Shown piece by piece: positions 37,154 through 48,668 of a DNA stretch of 62,482 nucleotides. The DNA comes from Folioceros fuciformis (Eukaryota), in NCBI GenBank assembly GCA_049999805.1, contig JBNGIO010006317.1, positions 711,662 through 774,143 on the forward strand, given 5' to 3'. The position numbers and the translations under genes are program-made. The stretch's first letter is position 1, and each line of letters opens with the position of its first letter. Below the pieces are notes generated by a model. It worked only from the letters and a program-made list of their open reading frames with translations. It searched no databases and had not been told where the DNA came from.

Positions 37154-38137
37154 GTCTCGGCCCATTGGTGCCTGTAAATTTTTACACTAAGCATCCTTCA
37201 CGCTCACAGGGAACTCGGGAGCATGTCGTGTATAAAACGGGAGTGGTTTCTTAGGAATCTCACCTGCCCCGCAGGGTGCGGCACAAAAGCAAACAGAAAG
37301 CCCGGCCGCTCGCGTTAGCTGACCCACCACTCCTGGGTCTTACAGGCATCAGGAAAGGGCAGGCCAGAGCAGAGCAGGGATGAAGCAAGTTACATTACAG
37401 ACAAGGATTACGAACCTTTCTTTGTACATATGTAGTTTGTGCAAGGATTAAGGTGGAGCGTGAAGTGTCGTCCTCTGCCAGAGCTTCTTTTGTCATGAGG
37501 CTGCAGCTACCACGCCTCGCCCGGACTGTACAGCGACAGAGAGGCACATGTGACGGGAAGAAGAGGGTAGACGATAGTACAGGCCAGGCTTTAAGGGCGG
37601 GGTAAAAAACTATCAGGACCGTCGCACAGGGATTGAATGCGGTGAATCCCGCCCCACCATCTCCCGCCAGGGCACCATCATTTCCGCCAGCTCCCTGCCG
37701 CCACTCGACACCCGCATTCATGCGGCATGTCCCGCTTTCATGCGCGAATGCGATGCGCAGAAGCCCAGGTCCCTGCTTGGCAGCGCCCTGCGCGCCACAG
37801 GTCCGCTGCCCTGCCCAGGACTTGCAGAGCAGCGGCAGCTTCTGACGTTCCAGGTGCGGTCTGACGGGAAAAGAGACGGGGCCTATGGAGAGCCAGCCGG
37901 CTATGGCGCTCTCGTGCAGGGCTCCGCATGACCTCGTCATCACATGCCCCTCGTGAGCGGAGGACGCGCTGCAGAAAGCTGCCCTGCTGTTGTTGTCTTG
38001 GGTGGCATTTCTACTGTCTGATGTCTCGAATGGCATTGTGTTGACTGATTGACTCACATGGGCGGGAAGGATTGATGGGCCCTTGGGGGCTATAGGATTC
38101 CTTCTGTGTGTGTTGTGGGGTTGAGAACATCTCTGCC

Positions 38138-41100
38138 ATGGCGGGCGCGGGAGGGAAGTACGCTGTCGGGGGCTTTGTGCTGCTGTTGCTGTGGCTGTGC
38201 GTGGGTGGAGGGGGGGGGGGAGTCGGGGACGAGGTGGCGGCCTTGATGCAGATCAAGGAGGCTCTGGTGGACCGCATGAATTATCTGGAGGGATGGCAAG
38301 GGAACGCCACAAATGCGTGTGGGTGGAGGGGAGTCTCCTGCAATGCCGCGATGAGGGTGCAGGAGCTGAGCCTGGCGGGACTAAATTTGACGGGCTCGCT
38401 CTCGCCGGCTGTGGGTTTCTTGTCAGCTCTCACCAATTTGAGTGTTCAGCAGAACAACTTCACGGGGACGCTACCTGTGGCGATTGCCACTCTCACGCGC
38501 CTCCGTTTCTTGAACGTGTCCAACAACAATTTCAGCTACTCTTTTCCAGCGGGATTTGGCGCGCTCACCAAGTTGGAGGTGCTGGACACGTACAACAACA
38601 ATTTCTCCGGGCCGCTGCCGGAGGAGCTTGCCGTGCTGCCTGCTCTGGAGCATTTGCATTTGGGGGGAAGCTATTTCGAGGGGACTATTCCTCCGAGCTA
38701 TGGGAACATCAGCAGTCTGAAGTATTTGGCACTGTCCGGGAATTCTCTCACGGGACGCATTCCTCCTGAGCTGGGTAACCTCACTAGGTTGGAGGGGTTG
38801 TATCTCGGCTACTTCAATGTGTATGATGATGGCATCCCGCCGGAGCTTGGGAGGCTTAAGAATTTGGTGAGGCTGGATCTGGGGGGATGCCAGCTCACTG
38901 GCGGGATTCCTGCTGAGCTGGGTAACCTGGAGAGCTTGGACACGCTCTTCTTGCAATTCAACGAGCTCACCGGCAGTATTCCACTGGGGCTTGGAAACCT
39001 CTCCAATCTCAAGTCTCTGGATACCTCTCTGAATCGGATGAGCGGCGGCATTCCGCCCGATTTCTACAAGCTGGAGAAGTTGGAGCTGCTTTCTTTGTTC
39101 GGGAATCAGTTTATGAGCGGTCCGATTCCCGACTTCATTGCTGCCCTCCCTAATCTGCAGGTTTTGCATCTTTGGGGAAACCAGTTCACTGGCAGCATTC
39201 CTGCCAACCTTGGCAACAGTACGAAGCTGATAATGGTCGATCTGTCCAACAATTCTCTGTCTGGTGTCATCCCACCTTACCTGTGTGCGGGGCCCCTTCA
39301 GCGGCTCATTTTGCAGATCAACCAGCTTTCAGGGCCCATCCCTGACAGCATTGGCAGGTGTCAGAGCCTGGAATACTTGCGGCTCGGGCACAATCAGCTG
39401 AATGGCACCATCCCGGCGGGTCTCCTCGGCCTCACTAATTTGTCCTTCCTGGAGCTTCTTGACAATCGTCTGGAGGGGTCTATTCCTCAGGGTTTCGTAA
39501 ATGTCCCACGCCTCTCGAGGCTGGATTTGTCGGACAACTTGTTGGACGGAGATCTTCCTGGCAGCATTGGGAGTCTGCAAAGCGTGCAGTACTTGGCCTT
39601 GACTGGGAATCGATTTTCAGGGAGCATTCCTCCCGACATTGGACAGCTCAGCTTCCTCAACACCATCGACCTGAGTCGGAATTTCTTTACAGGTAGCATT
39701 CCCCCGGAAATCGGGCTGTGCAGTCAGCTCTCGGATCTGGATTTTAGTTCTAACCAGCTGACAGCGGAGATCCCTAAGGAGCTCAGCCATCTTTCGGTGC
39801 TTTCTTATCTCAATCTGTCAAGGAATTCGCTGGTGGGGCCTATCCCGGAAGAGCTGCAGGATCTGCAGACCCTGAACATCGTGGATTTTTCCTACAACAA
39901 TCTGTCCGGGCCGATTCCTGTGAGTGGCACGTTTCAGTTTTTCAACTACAGCTCGTATATGGGGAATCCGGGGCTGTGCGGCCCGCGGAGTATCATCCCT
40001 ACTGGGACTTCCGCATGTGATGCTCCGCAGAGCGCGGTGTATCCCACGAGATCTGCTCCTCGCCGTGGGGGTAAAGCAGCCCCTATTGCCTGGATTGTGG
40101 GAGGCCTCTTCGCAGCTGCGCTCATAGTGTTGCTTGTTGGTGTGTGCTGCTTTTTCAACAAGTATCGATGGTACATTTCCAACATCTTGGCCAAGGACAA
40201 GTCCATCCGTCCCTGGAAGCTTACAGCTTTCCAAAGGCTTAACTTCTCCGCCAACCATGTGCTGGGGTGCCTCAGTGAAGACAACATTATTGGCAGGGGT
40301 GGTGCGGGGACCGTCTACAAAGGCGAGATGCCAGATGGGGAGAACATCGCAGTTAAGAGGCTGCCTGGCAAGGCGACCGGGAAAGGCTTTTCCCACGACC
40401 ATGGCTTCTCAGCCGAGATTCAGACTCTGGGCAAAATCAGGCACCGTAACATTGTGCGGCTGCTGGGATGCTGCTCAAACCATGAGACTAACTTGCTCGT
40501 GTACGAGTACATGCCCTACGGCAGTCTAGGTGAGATTCTGCACGGCAAAAATCATGTCCTATTGGTATGGAACACTCGCTACGAAATAGCAGTGCAGGCA
40601 GCAAAGGGCTTGGCTTACTTACACCATGACTGCCAGCCTGCTATTTTACACCGAGACGTTAAGTCCAACAACATACTTCTGGACTCCAACCTGGAAGCCC
40701 ACGTTGCTGACTTCGGGCTGGCTAAGCTTCTACAAAACAGTGGGACATCACAATCTATGTCCTCAATCTCTGGTTCTTACGGATACATTGCTCCAGGTAA
40801 CACTCCAACTCCTTCGAGTTTCCTGTTCTTGGTGATGCAATCGCAAGCCTTACAGTCTCTGCTTGCCTTATTGACCCTGAAACGCTCACTTGGTGGTGTG
40901 GTCGTTGCAGAGTATGCCTACACGTTGAAGGTGAACGAAAAGAGCGACATATACAGCTTCGGGGTAGTCCTTATGGAGCTCATCACAGGCAAGAGGCCAA
41001 TCGAGCAGGAGTTCGGAGAGGGAGTGGACATTGTGCAGTGGGTTCGTGGGAAGATCCAACACAAGGACATGGGTGCCGAGGTGCTAGACTCCAGGCTTGG

Positions 41101-41308
41101 AAGTAAAAATCTGCCCCTGCAAGAGATCATGCTGGTTCTGAGAGTGGCACTGCTCTGCACCAGCGACCTACCTGTCGACCGACCCACTATGCGCGAGGTC
41201 GTCCAAATGCTCCAAGACGTGAAACCCAGCAGCAACGACACCAAAAATGTGTCGAGCAAGCCGAGCACACCCGACAGAAAGAAAGGAACCCCCCTTAGCA
41301 TAGTCTGA
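38138..41308 (+). CDS. CLV1: CLAVATA1/BAM-like LRR receptor kinase (LRR-XI); exons 38138-40796 and 40911-41308
   Basis: Signal peptide, ~21 LRRs, TM; WKLTAFQRLNF, HDHGFSAEIQTLGKIRHRNIVRLLG, HRDVKSNN, DFG; GYIAP|EY with the conserved single intron. Confidence 0.93.
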   Translation: MAGAGGKYAVGGFVLLLLWLCVGGGGGGVGDEVAALMQIKEALVDRMNYLEGWQGNATNACGWRGVSCNAAMRVQELSLAGLNLTGSLSPAVGFLSALTNLSVQQNNFTGTLPVAIATLTRLRFLNVSNNNFSYSFPAGFGALTKLEVLDTYNNNFSGPLPEELAVLPALEHLHLGGSYFEGTIPPSYGNISSLKYLALSGNSLTGRIPPELGNLTRLEGLYLGYFNVYDDGIPPELGRLKNLVRLDLGGCQLTGGIPAELGNLESLDTLFLQFNELTGSIPLGLGNLSNLKSLDTSLNRMSGGIPPDFYKLEKLELLSLFGNQFMSGPIPDFIAALPNLQVLHLWGNQFTGSIPANLGNSTKLIMVDLSNNSLSGVIPPYLCAGPLQRLILQINQLSGPIPDSIGRCQSLEYLRLGHNQLNGTIPAGLLGLTNLSFLELLDNRLEGSIPQGFVNVPRLSRLDLSDNLLDGDLPGSIGSLQSVQYLALTGNRFSGSIPPDIGQLSFLNTIDLSRNFFTGSIPPEIGLCSQLSDLDFSSNQLTAEIPKELSHLSVLSYLNLSRNSLVGPIPEELQDLQTLNIVDFSYNNLSGPIPVSGTFQFFNYSSYMGNPGLCGPRSIIPTGTSACDAPQSAVYPTRSAPRRGGKAAPIAWIVGGLFAAALIVLLVGVCCFFNKYRWYISNILAKDKSIRPWKLTAFQRLNFSANHVLGCLSEDNIIGRGGAGTVYKGEMPDGENIAVKRLPGKATGKGFSHDHGFSAEIQTLGKIRHRNIVRLLGCCSNHETNLLVYEYMPYGSLGEILHGKNHVLLVWNTRYEIAVQAAKGLAYLHHDCQPAILHRDVKSNNILLDSNLEAHVADFGLAKLLQNSGTSQSMSSISGSYGYIAPGNTPTPSSFLFLVMQSQALQSLLALLTLKRSLGGVVVAEYAYTLKVNEKSDIYSFGVVLMELITGKRPIEQEFGEGVDIVQWVRGKIQHKDMGAEVLDSRLGSKNLPLQEIMLVLRVALLCTSDLPVDRPTMREVVQMLQDVKPSSNDTKNVSSKPSTPDRKKGTPLSIV

Positions 41309-41555
41309 AGGTTCTTTCAAGGGTAAGACGCCATAGCTCTGTCCTCTCCCACGAGCTTTTTTTCCTTGAAGTTCTCACGCATATCCCTAGTAAAGACTGT
41401 CTAGTTAGAAACCCCATATATACCTTGCCTGCATAGAAGTGAGGCAGGCGGGGCAAGGGTACTTGGGGTAGTATATACATTGGTGTCGAAACCAAGTGAG
41501 CGAGTGACACCTGCATTTTCAGAAGTCACTACCAATCCAGCCAGTGCACGTATCA

Positions 41556-42974
41556 TTATCTGTCCGACCCCTGCCTCACCTTTGATGCACCACCTACTGC
41601 GGACCCAGAGAGAACATGCTTGGCAGGCAAAGGGGCGAAGTATTTGGCAAAGGCGCCATCATCCCCTTCTGCAGCATCGGTTTCGATCCAGGTCCGAGTC
41701 TCTATGGGTGGCGCTCCCCATCGCTTTCGCACAGTGGATATAAATTCCTTCTTGCACCAGCGTTTCTCCACCAGACGACCTCTGATCCCCTCCCGGAACC
41801 AAGGATCATCCATGTTCTCTGGCTGAAAGCGGAACGGCCGTTGCCCTAGATTAACTCGCGTCGCCTCCTCCTTCCTGAACTGGCTGAAGACGCCGGAATT
41901 GGAAATGCGCCAGGCAGGGAAGAGACGGGAGCTCAAGTGCACTGCACCTCGTAGAAGCCACACCAGCTGACCATTCACAGTGAAGAAGACCTCCTGCGTG
42001 CGCCTGTTCAACCCGGCTCCCACCACGATATCGGATGTCCGCGCCCAGGACTCCCCCGAGAGCTGGATCCATTCCGACGCGGAGTCGTTCTCATCGCACT
42101 TCCAGATCTCCGCCCGCTCGCCGTGCGGGACCTGGTAGTTGGACGTCCCGTAGCCGTAGCTCAGATGCGATGCCCGGGCGAACTTGAATCCCATGGATGC
42201 TGCGAAGTCCGGGAACACGGTCCCTGTTCCCGCCTCCGGCGCCACCCATAGCACCTCGAAGTAGTAGCCGGGGAATCCGCGGAAGGAGCGCGGGCATGGC
42301 CGATTTCCGATCTTGGTGAGCATGAAGTATCTCCCGCCATGGCCGATCCAGATGTTGTTCTGCAGGAGAGTCTCCGACGGGACGTCCTCGGGATCCCGCT
42401 GCGTGGACGTAGAGAGACTCTCGTCCGTGTCGCTCCAGCTGCTGCGGCTGCTCGGCGAATGATTCAGCCATGGCGAACTAGGGTTGGCAGGGGAGACCCC
42501 GGGCTGGCCGCTGACGAGTAGACGCTGGACGTGGTCCCGCGCGCTGATGCATTCCTTGTCCCGTCTGGCCCACTGGAGGACCTGCTCGAGCTTGGTCAGG
42601 GCGTCGTGGAACTCGCCGTTCTTCGCGTGCTCCAGAGCTTGCTCCCGGTGGCGAGCTCTGCGAGCCCGGCAGGCCTCTTGCTGTTCCGGGAACTTCTGGT
42701 ACACCCGCTTCCGCACGTCGATGTCATCCACCAGGATTTGGAGGTTGGTCATGGTTCCATCGAACGGGGACATGACGAGGGTGAACTCCTCGATGATGCT
42801 CCATCGGTTGTACGTCCTCCCGTCGTTGCACTTCACGGGATCGCACATAATTTTCCTGGTAATGGGATCGCGGAACCAAGCTGGCGGCGGGTCTTGGCCC
42901 TCACTGTCCTCACTCCAGTCTCCGGTATCCTGCAGGCTCAGTTCTTCCGATTCCTGGTCCTCAGTGCGATCCAT
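41556..42974 (-). CDS. U-box + TPR + SPRY protein, paralog of 25055-27215 lacking the N-terminal helical domain; apparently intronless
   Basis: WFRDPITRKIMCDPVKCNDGRTYNRW, GEFHDALTKLEQVLQWA, YYFEV, VGAGLN..EVFFTVNG, VNLGQRPFRF. Probable ATG at 42974. Confidence 0.82.
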   Translation of the reverse strand: MDRTEDQESEELSLQDTGDWSEDSEGQDPPPAWFRDPITRKIMCDPVKCNDGRTYNRWSIIEEFTLVMSPFDGTMTNLQILVDDIDVRKRVYQKFPEQQEACRARRARHREQALEHAKNGEFHDALTKLEQVLQWARRDKECISARDHVQRLLVSGQPGVSPANPSSPWLNHSPSSRSSWSDTDESLSTSTQRDPEDVPSETLLQNNIWIGHGGRYFMLTKIGNRPCPRSFRGFPGYYFEVLWVAPEAGTGTVFPDFAASMGFKFARASHLSYGYGTSNYQVPHGERAEIWKCDENDSASEWIQLSGESWARTSDIVVGAGLNRRTQEVFFTVNGQLVWLLRGAVHLSSRLFPAWRISNSGVFSQFRKEEATRVNLGQRPFRFQPENMDDPWFREGIRGRLVEKRWCKKEFISTVRKRWGAPPIETRTWIETDAAEGDDGAFAKYFAPLPAKHVLSGSAVGGASKVRQGSDR

Positions 42975-44078
42975 GGCATTGCCTGGCGCGGAGGCATCTG
43001 AGAGAGCCGAGACGTGAATCGGGTGGAGGACGGAGGCCTGGTGCGGTTGTTCCCGGCGATACGAAACGGCTTGATACTGGTAGCATTTGTAGGCGGCGGG
43101 ACGTACTACAGCATCAAGAACGCGGTCGCAAGCATCTGCCGCAGTGAAAAATGCAAGTGGGGACGCGGGTGCTTCTGAGTCTCCATCTCGTTTTCTTACA
43201 GTGACATGTCCAACCTTCGGGCCACTGTCAGAAATAGCAAGCCAGAGACGGTAGAGCGGGAGAGAACCTCCAGTTCCGGCCGCAGGTTGCGCATTAATAG
43301 CGAGACTGACGAATAACAAACAGTCGACATGCGTGCCTGCCGGGAACAGTCGCCACCAGAGGAAGTCCAGGTCCATGGTACCTTGATGCATGGAGAGTAA
43401 ATACAGTGTCTTGGCATGTGTCCAGGCTCACACTGGCTCAGCCAAATTCCAGGAACACAGGCAACTGCTACAACGTCATGCCACACTGTCATCAACAGTG
43501 TCGATGCATAAATGTGTACGTCTGCACGCCGACCAGTCTCAAAGTTCCTAAGCACCTCACACCCCAGGACTCCGGGACGTTGAAGACCTACTCCTGAAGT
43601 GCAAGCCTCTTCGGTATCACTATGGAGCAGGTCTTCGAGTTCACTATGTAGCAGGTAGTGAAAAGGAAAAGAAGACTTGGCAGACTTGATGTGAGCTGAC
43701 CGATCATTTCTTGCAACTTGTGCACTTGTCCAAGAAGATAGGAAAGATAGCACTAGAGCTCTTTTCGACGAAAGAGATCGCACTCTAGCTCTTTTCTCTA
43801 AAAAGATGGTGGGAGGAGATTCCAGTCATTGACTTCAGCAGAAAGGCGCCAGTGTCAAGATGGCAGCCAGCCAAACAAGAGGGACGACAAGTGACCAACA
43901 GGACTCATGAATATCAATACGTTGAAGAAATAAAAATCTCTGGAATAAGCACGCAGCTCCACCTTGGGTAGGGAGTGGAAGGCTTTCACTTCCACCACGT
44001 TGAGCAGCTCTTTCCAAACGTTTTCCACATGTTGAAAGACTGGTCTTCGCAGGAGAAGTGGGCTACCTGGAGAAGAAT

Positions 44079-44763
44079 CTACCCTTGCTTACCGTCAGTC
44101 GGGGCTGGCTGTGTCAACAAGCTTTTGGACTTCGATTGGACCTGCACATGCGAAACCACAATTAGAATTGGAGTGTGCTCGGATGGATGCTTGGGAATGT
44201 CCTCTGAGAAAAATCAGCGCGAATGAGGCCAACCTTGTCAAGTACAGACTCAACAGCATCCCTCCCACCCACCAACAATTTTGCTATCTGCCAGCACCAC
44301 TCAGTTCCAGTCAGCTCCACGAATTACATTCGGCTGTGCAAGAAAGACAAGTAGTTCGCACAGATACCACTTACGATCTCTGGGTCCCTCTCAAACCGAG
44401 CTGCCTCAAATTCATTCCGTGCACTAGTCCTCAGCACATCTCTCCTGAATTCAAAACTTCTGTCTTCAAATAGGCAATAACAGAACCCACGTGGTGCAAA
44501 AGGTCATGTGATACCACAAACAGAAGTTCAGCTCCTTGCCAGGGCACGCCTTGATCATTTGGCCACACGAAGAGGCTGGTGGTACGAAGAATATATCGGT
44601 ACAGGCTCAATGCTTCTCGCCTTGTGTTTGTCAGCCTGGGAGCCTCTGCTTCAACTCCCTTCACCACATGCCTCTCGAGTAGCTCCTCCAAGTTACCAGG
44701 ACCGTCATGCATCCTCCTGACCAGTGCCTTGAATGAATACCAGTGCAGATTCTTGGACGCCAT
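44079..44763 (-). CDS. LYR-motif (Complex1_LYR) mitochondrial protein; exons 44763-44540, 44444-44375, 44287-44234, 44141-44079
   Basis: RREALSLYRYILR...PW|RDVLRTSARNEFEAARFERDPEI|IAKLLVGGRDAV. The first intron is GC-AG; the last exon is less certain. Confidence 0.85.
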
Positions 44764-44898
44764 CTGACACCGCCGTCCACGAGTCTACAGACGGCGTGGC
44801 AACGGGATGCCAAAACCCTGCAAGAGTCATTAGAGAGCCGGCTGTGAGGAAAACCGCTTTTCAAATGCATCCAACATCCCTTTAACGAGAAGTGCACT

Positions 44899-47800
44899 AT
44901 GCGAGTGGCAAGTGCCCATCTTCCTCTCCTGTGTCGGTATCGATGTTTGCTGTGGTCGGGGCTTCACTTGTGCGGTTAGTTGGAGTAACAGACGACTTGG
45001 TTGCAAACGGCTAGTTTGGCCGCAATTCCTGTTTTGACGCCCGCCCCGGGTGATGTAGGATGCCGGCAGGTCCTGAGGATGAAATACTACGGAGTGCGCT
45101 CGGGCCGCACCCCTGGAGTTTATGATAACTGGGAAGAGTGCCAGCGCCAGGTGACGGAGAATAGATCACACTGGACGAAGTACGTTCCGTGTGGAATCCA
45201 GCTCACGTTTGTGATTGCCACAGGTTTTGGGTTTCCACGGAAGTGACTTCAGAAGATTCTCCACGGAAAGTGAAGCTTGGGAGTTTGTCGAGGAGGGTAA
45301 GACATGGATGGCCGCACCCAATGGAGCATTGAACAGTGGATCAGCAAAGTCTGGGACTCAGACTATCAAACTGGTGTCACTGAAGCGAAGAAATCAAAGA
45401 TCGTTGACAACGACAGTGCCAGAGAGAATTTCCACTGATCCTCCCGTAAGCTTGTTGCACTTAGCTTTCAACCTTCAAAGAGGTTGGTAAGGGTGTTCTC
45501 AAGTGGATGTATTCGCTGCTTTTCAGAGCATATTGTTCCCAGCAGAGGAAGATGTGAACTTGGAGAACAAACTGCAAAGTCGATCGGTGGTCACCTCTAG
45601 TGCCCAACTCGGAAAGGTGTGCCGTTTGAGATGCCTTTCAACAACATTCAGCTCATGCACTGTCATGTTGTGCACTACGTTTACAAAGACTCAACGAGCT
45701 TGAACCGTGTTCTCAGAGATGAGGTTTTCTCTTGTCCAGGGCACATACACCGTACAGTATGATGGTGCGTCAAAAGGGAATCCAGGCAAGGCTGGTGCTG
45801 GAGCGGTTTTGCTTCATCCGGATGGAACTCTGGTATTACTTGTTGATGTGCCTCCCGTGTTTCTTGTTGAATGTAGACCAACCTACATCCGACTTGTGTT
45901 TTATGACAGCTTTGTAGGATGGCCGAGGGTCTGGGAATAGCTACAAACAATGTTGCAGAATATCGAGGTCTCATTCTTGGCCTCCGTGGAGCCTTGGATA
46001 GGGGTATCCGACGGCTTAAAGCTCAAGGCGACTCGACTTTGGTGTGCCAGCAGGTCATTCAAAAGTTTGGTTCCTGTTTCTTAGGTGTGACTTAGACCAA
46101 TTAGTCGAATTTATTCTGACTTTGATTTTGGTGATCAGGTTAGGGGGAAGTGGAAAGTGAATAGTTCCCACCTTCAACAACTATGTGACGAAGTGAAGCT
46201 GCTTGCCAAGAGATTCGAGTCGTTCTCCATCATTCAAGTGGACAGGGTGTGTTGTTGTAAGGATCCACAAGATTCTACAAACTAATGAGGCAAGGCATCA
46301 TCCTTGCATTATGACACATTATTGCCTGTGGACCATTCGTATAGGCCCTTAACAGAGAGGCAGACAGGATGGCTAACGAAGGGGTGGGTCTTCCAGGTGG
46401 GAGCACATTCTTGATCGCTTTAGTCACATTCGGTGAAGGTTTACAGTTTTTGGTTCTGTAACACATTAACCCCAAGATTGCCATTCTCTGCCTGCAGAGA
46501 AGAAATTTCTCAGCTGGTCTGGTCCAAGAAATGACCTGTCCAAAACTTCGTTAGCAAGACCAAGACGGGAGCAACCTGCTTTGTCAGAAAGCTCGATATC
46601 CGGTTTGCCTCTTTATCTTTATGCTCGTTTGCAGAACCTTCTGTTTGCCTAGTACATGTGCTAAAGCAGTGTGGTCGTCCTCTTACCGCTGTCATGTGCC
46701 AGGGAACTCAATATACGAGAACAGTGTGGACAAGGTACTTTCCCTCTGCGTGGCTGTGTGTACCAAGTAGGTTGCACAGGAGGTCTCTGCTAGCTTTGCA
46801 ATCTGCTGTGGCTGTGCCCTGCTTAGGTTGTTATCCTGTCCATTTCATGAACTCATGCACATGGATTTGTGCTGGTGGACACAGGCTGGTTATATTCTGG
46901 AGTTCGATGGCACGTCGATAGGAAGGCCTGCGAGGGCAGGTGCCGGAGCTCTTTTGCTGGATCCAGAAGGAAGAGTGGTTAGCTTCTTCCGGCCAACTGC
47001 AAGAGAGCTATCTTTCCCCATGTGTCTCATTGAATGTTTTATGGAAGCAAGATTATTTCCCGCAGGTCTGCGAGTTGGTGGAGAACGTAGGACAGGCGAC
47101 GAGCAGTGCAGCAGAGTATCATGGCTTGATTCTAGGCCTTAAGGAAGCACTGGGGAGAGGGATCTCAATACTACACGCTAGAGGAGATTCTGATCGCGTC
47201 TGTCAGCAGGTCAGAAAAGTTTTCTCGCCCATTATTCCCTCTCAAATTGCCACTTCCGCATGTCATACATCACAAGTAGTTATGGCCAAGCAAGGATAGC
47301 CTAATTTTCACCTCTGACCTGGAGCACAGCTGCGTGGTGATCGAACGGTGTCATACCATCATGCCAAGTTGCATCAAGAAGCAAAAGCATTGATACAACA
47401 GTTCGCCGGGTTTTCCATCCAACATGTTGACAGTGTACGCCCTGTACGCTTGACTGCATTGTTGTCATTATACTCTGCTGCCTTCCGTCTCCTTATTCCG
47501 TGCTCACCTTGCCTTCGGCTCAACGATGCAGTCTCTGAATGCGCGGGCAGATGGACTTGCGAAGAAGGCATCGGCACTCTCACGTAAACCAGCCTCTCGG
47601 ATGTGCTTTCTGCTTTCGTTCATGCCAGGGGAGTTAGCTTATTCCTACTCTTTGCTGCTCCGTAGGTCTGAATGAGCTCTTAGCAAGGCAACAGCATCAG
47701 AGCAAGACAGCACTGCAAGGCTGTGCAGACACAAAGCGAAAGGCAGTGTCAAGTGTAGGGGCTCGCTCATTCTCAACGCTGCAGACGCAGGCAGCTTCGA

Positions 47801-48090
47801 ATTCGTGTAGGAGAAGCTGCCACGCTGAAAGGCTGGCCGATGGGCCCGTGTACAATCAAGCCTCGTCCGTCTGTAGCATCAGGAATGGAGTTTGGATGAC
47901 GAAGGTAACGGTAGGTCTCCTTTTCAACAATGAGAATTGCACTGTGTTGTGTTGTATTTTGCTCACCAAATGCATTGTTGTGGATTCAGAGAAGTGGCCG
48001 TCCGTGGTCGGTTGCTGCCAATTTCGTCGGGCGGATACCCCTTCTATGTCTCTATATGGGGTCCTCAACTTCCTGCGTCTCTGTGCGTAA
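44899..48090 (+). CDS. RNH1: Ribonuclease H1-like protein: transit peptide, hybrid-binding (Cauli_VI) domain and two RNase H domains; multi-exon, 3' end uncertain
   Basis: KYYGVRSGRTPGVYDNWEEC; domain 1 YDGASKGNPG..NNVAEY..GDS..NREAD; domain 2 FDGTS.GRP..AAEY..GDS..NARAD. Confidence 0.82.
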
Positions 48091-48668
48091 CGTGAACGGC
48101 CTGGTCACCTTGCCCTCACACATTCGCCACATTCCCACCCCTTTCTTCTGTCGTTGAAGCTGTTGCTTTGGAATCATGTTTCTCGGATTTCTAAAGATTA
48201 GACTGAAAAGCAAACCCGGGCCTGAGCGTCTCTGAAAAGCATCCTTATGGTTTAGTAGGTCAATTCTGCGAGGGCTTGCCTTATGTCCTAGGGTTTCCGC
48301 TGGCACCGAGAGGAAGTCCGATGCCTTCCAAGTGTGTTGTCCCACCGTTTTACTGATCACGAACGAAATGTGGACGGCCGATTGAAAAACGGTGAGAGCA
48401 CAAAATCGAGCTTGCAACCCCGAAGACGGTTGTAGTGTCCCATCTGCAACGAGCAACAGTCTTGGCACAGCCATCCTGAGTCCAGCTTGGAAGCAAGGGC
48501 ACGATGTTCTCCCAGGACGGATTCCCCTGCCCGTGCCTCCGAGGAATGAATGTGCTCTCGTTTATGGAAGAACGGAGTGGTGGATCAGGTCACTGATTGC
48601 TCTAAGGTGTCCAGTGTTGTTTACGGAGCTCTCTGTTCTGTTGAGATTAGCTTGGTGGCTCTAGCAAA

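Noticed and set aside
35700-38100. Several 100-220 aa ORFs upstream of the LRR kinase
   Set aside because: No recognisable motifs or consistent exon chain.
42975-43391. N-terminal 139 aa of the 611-aa ORF
   Set aside because: No resemblance to the paralog or any domain; probably an open 5' region upstream of the ATG at 42974.
45059-47582. Retroelement or caulimovirus origin of the RNase H domains
   Set aside because: Many spliceosomal introns and no RT or integrase; it matches cellular plant RNase H1.
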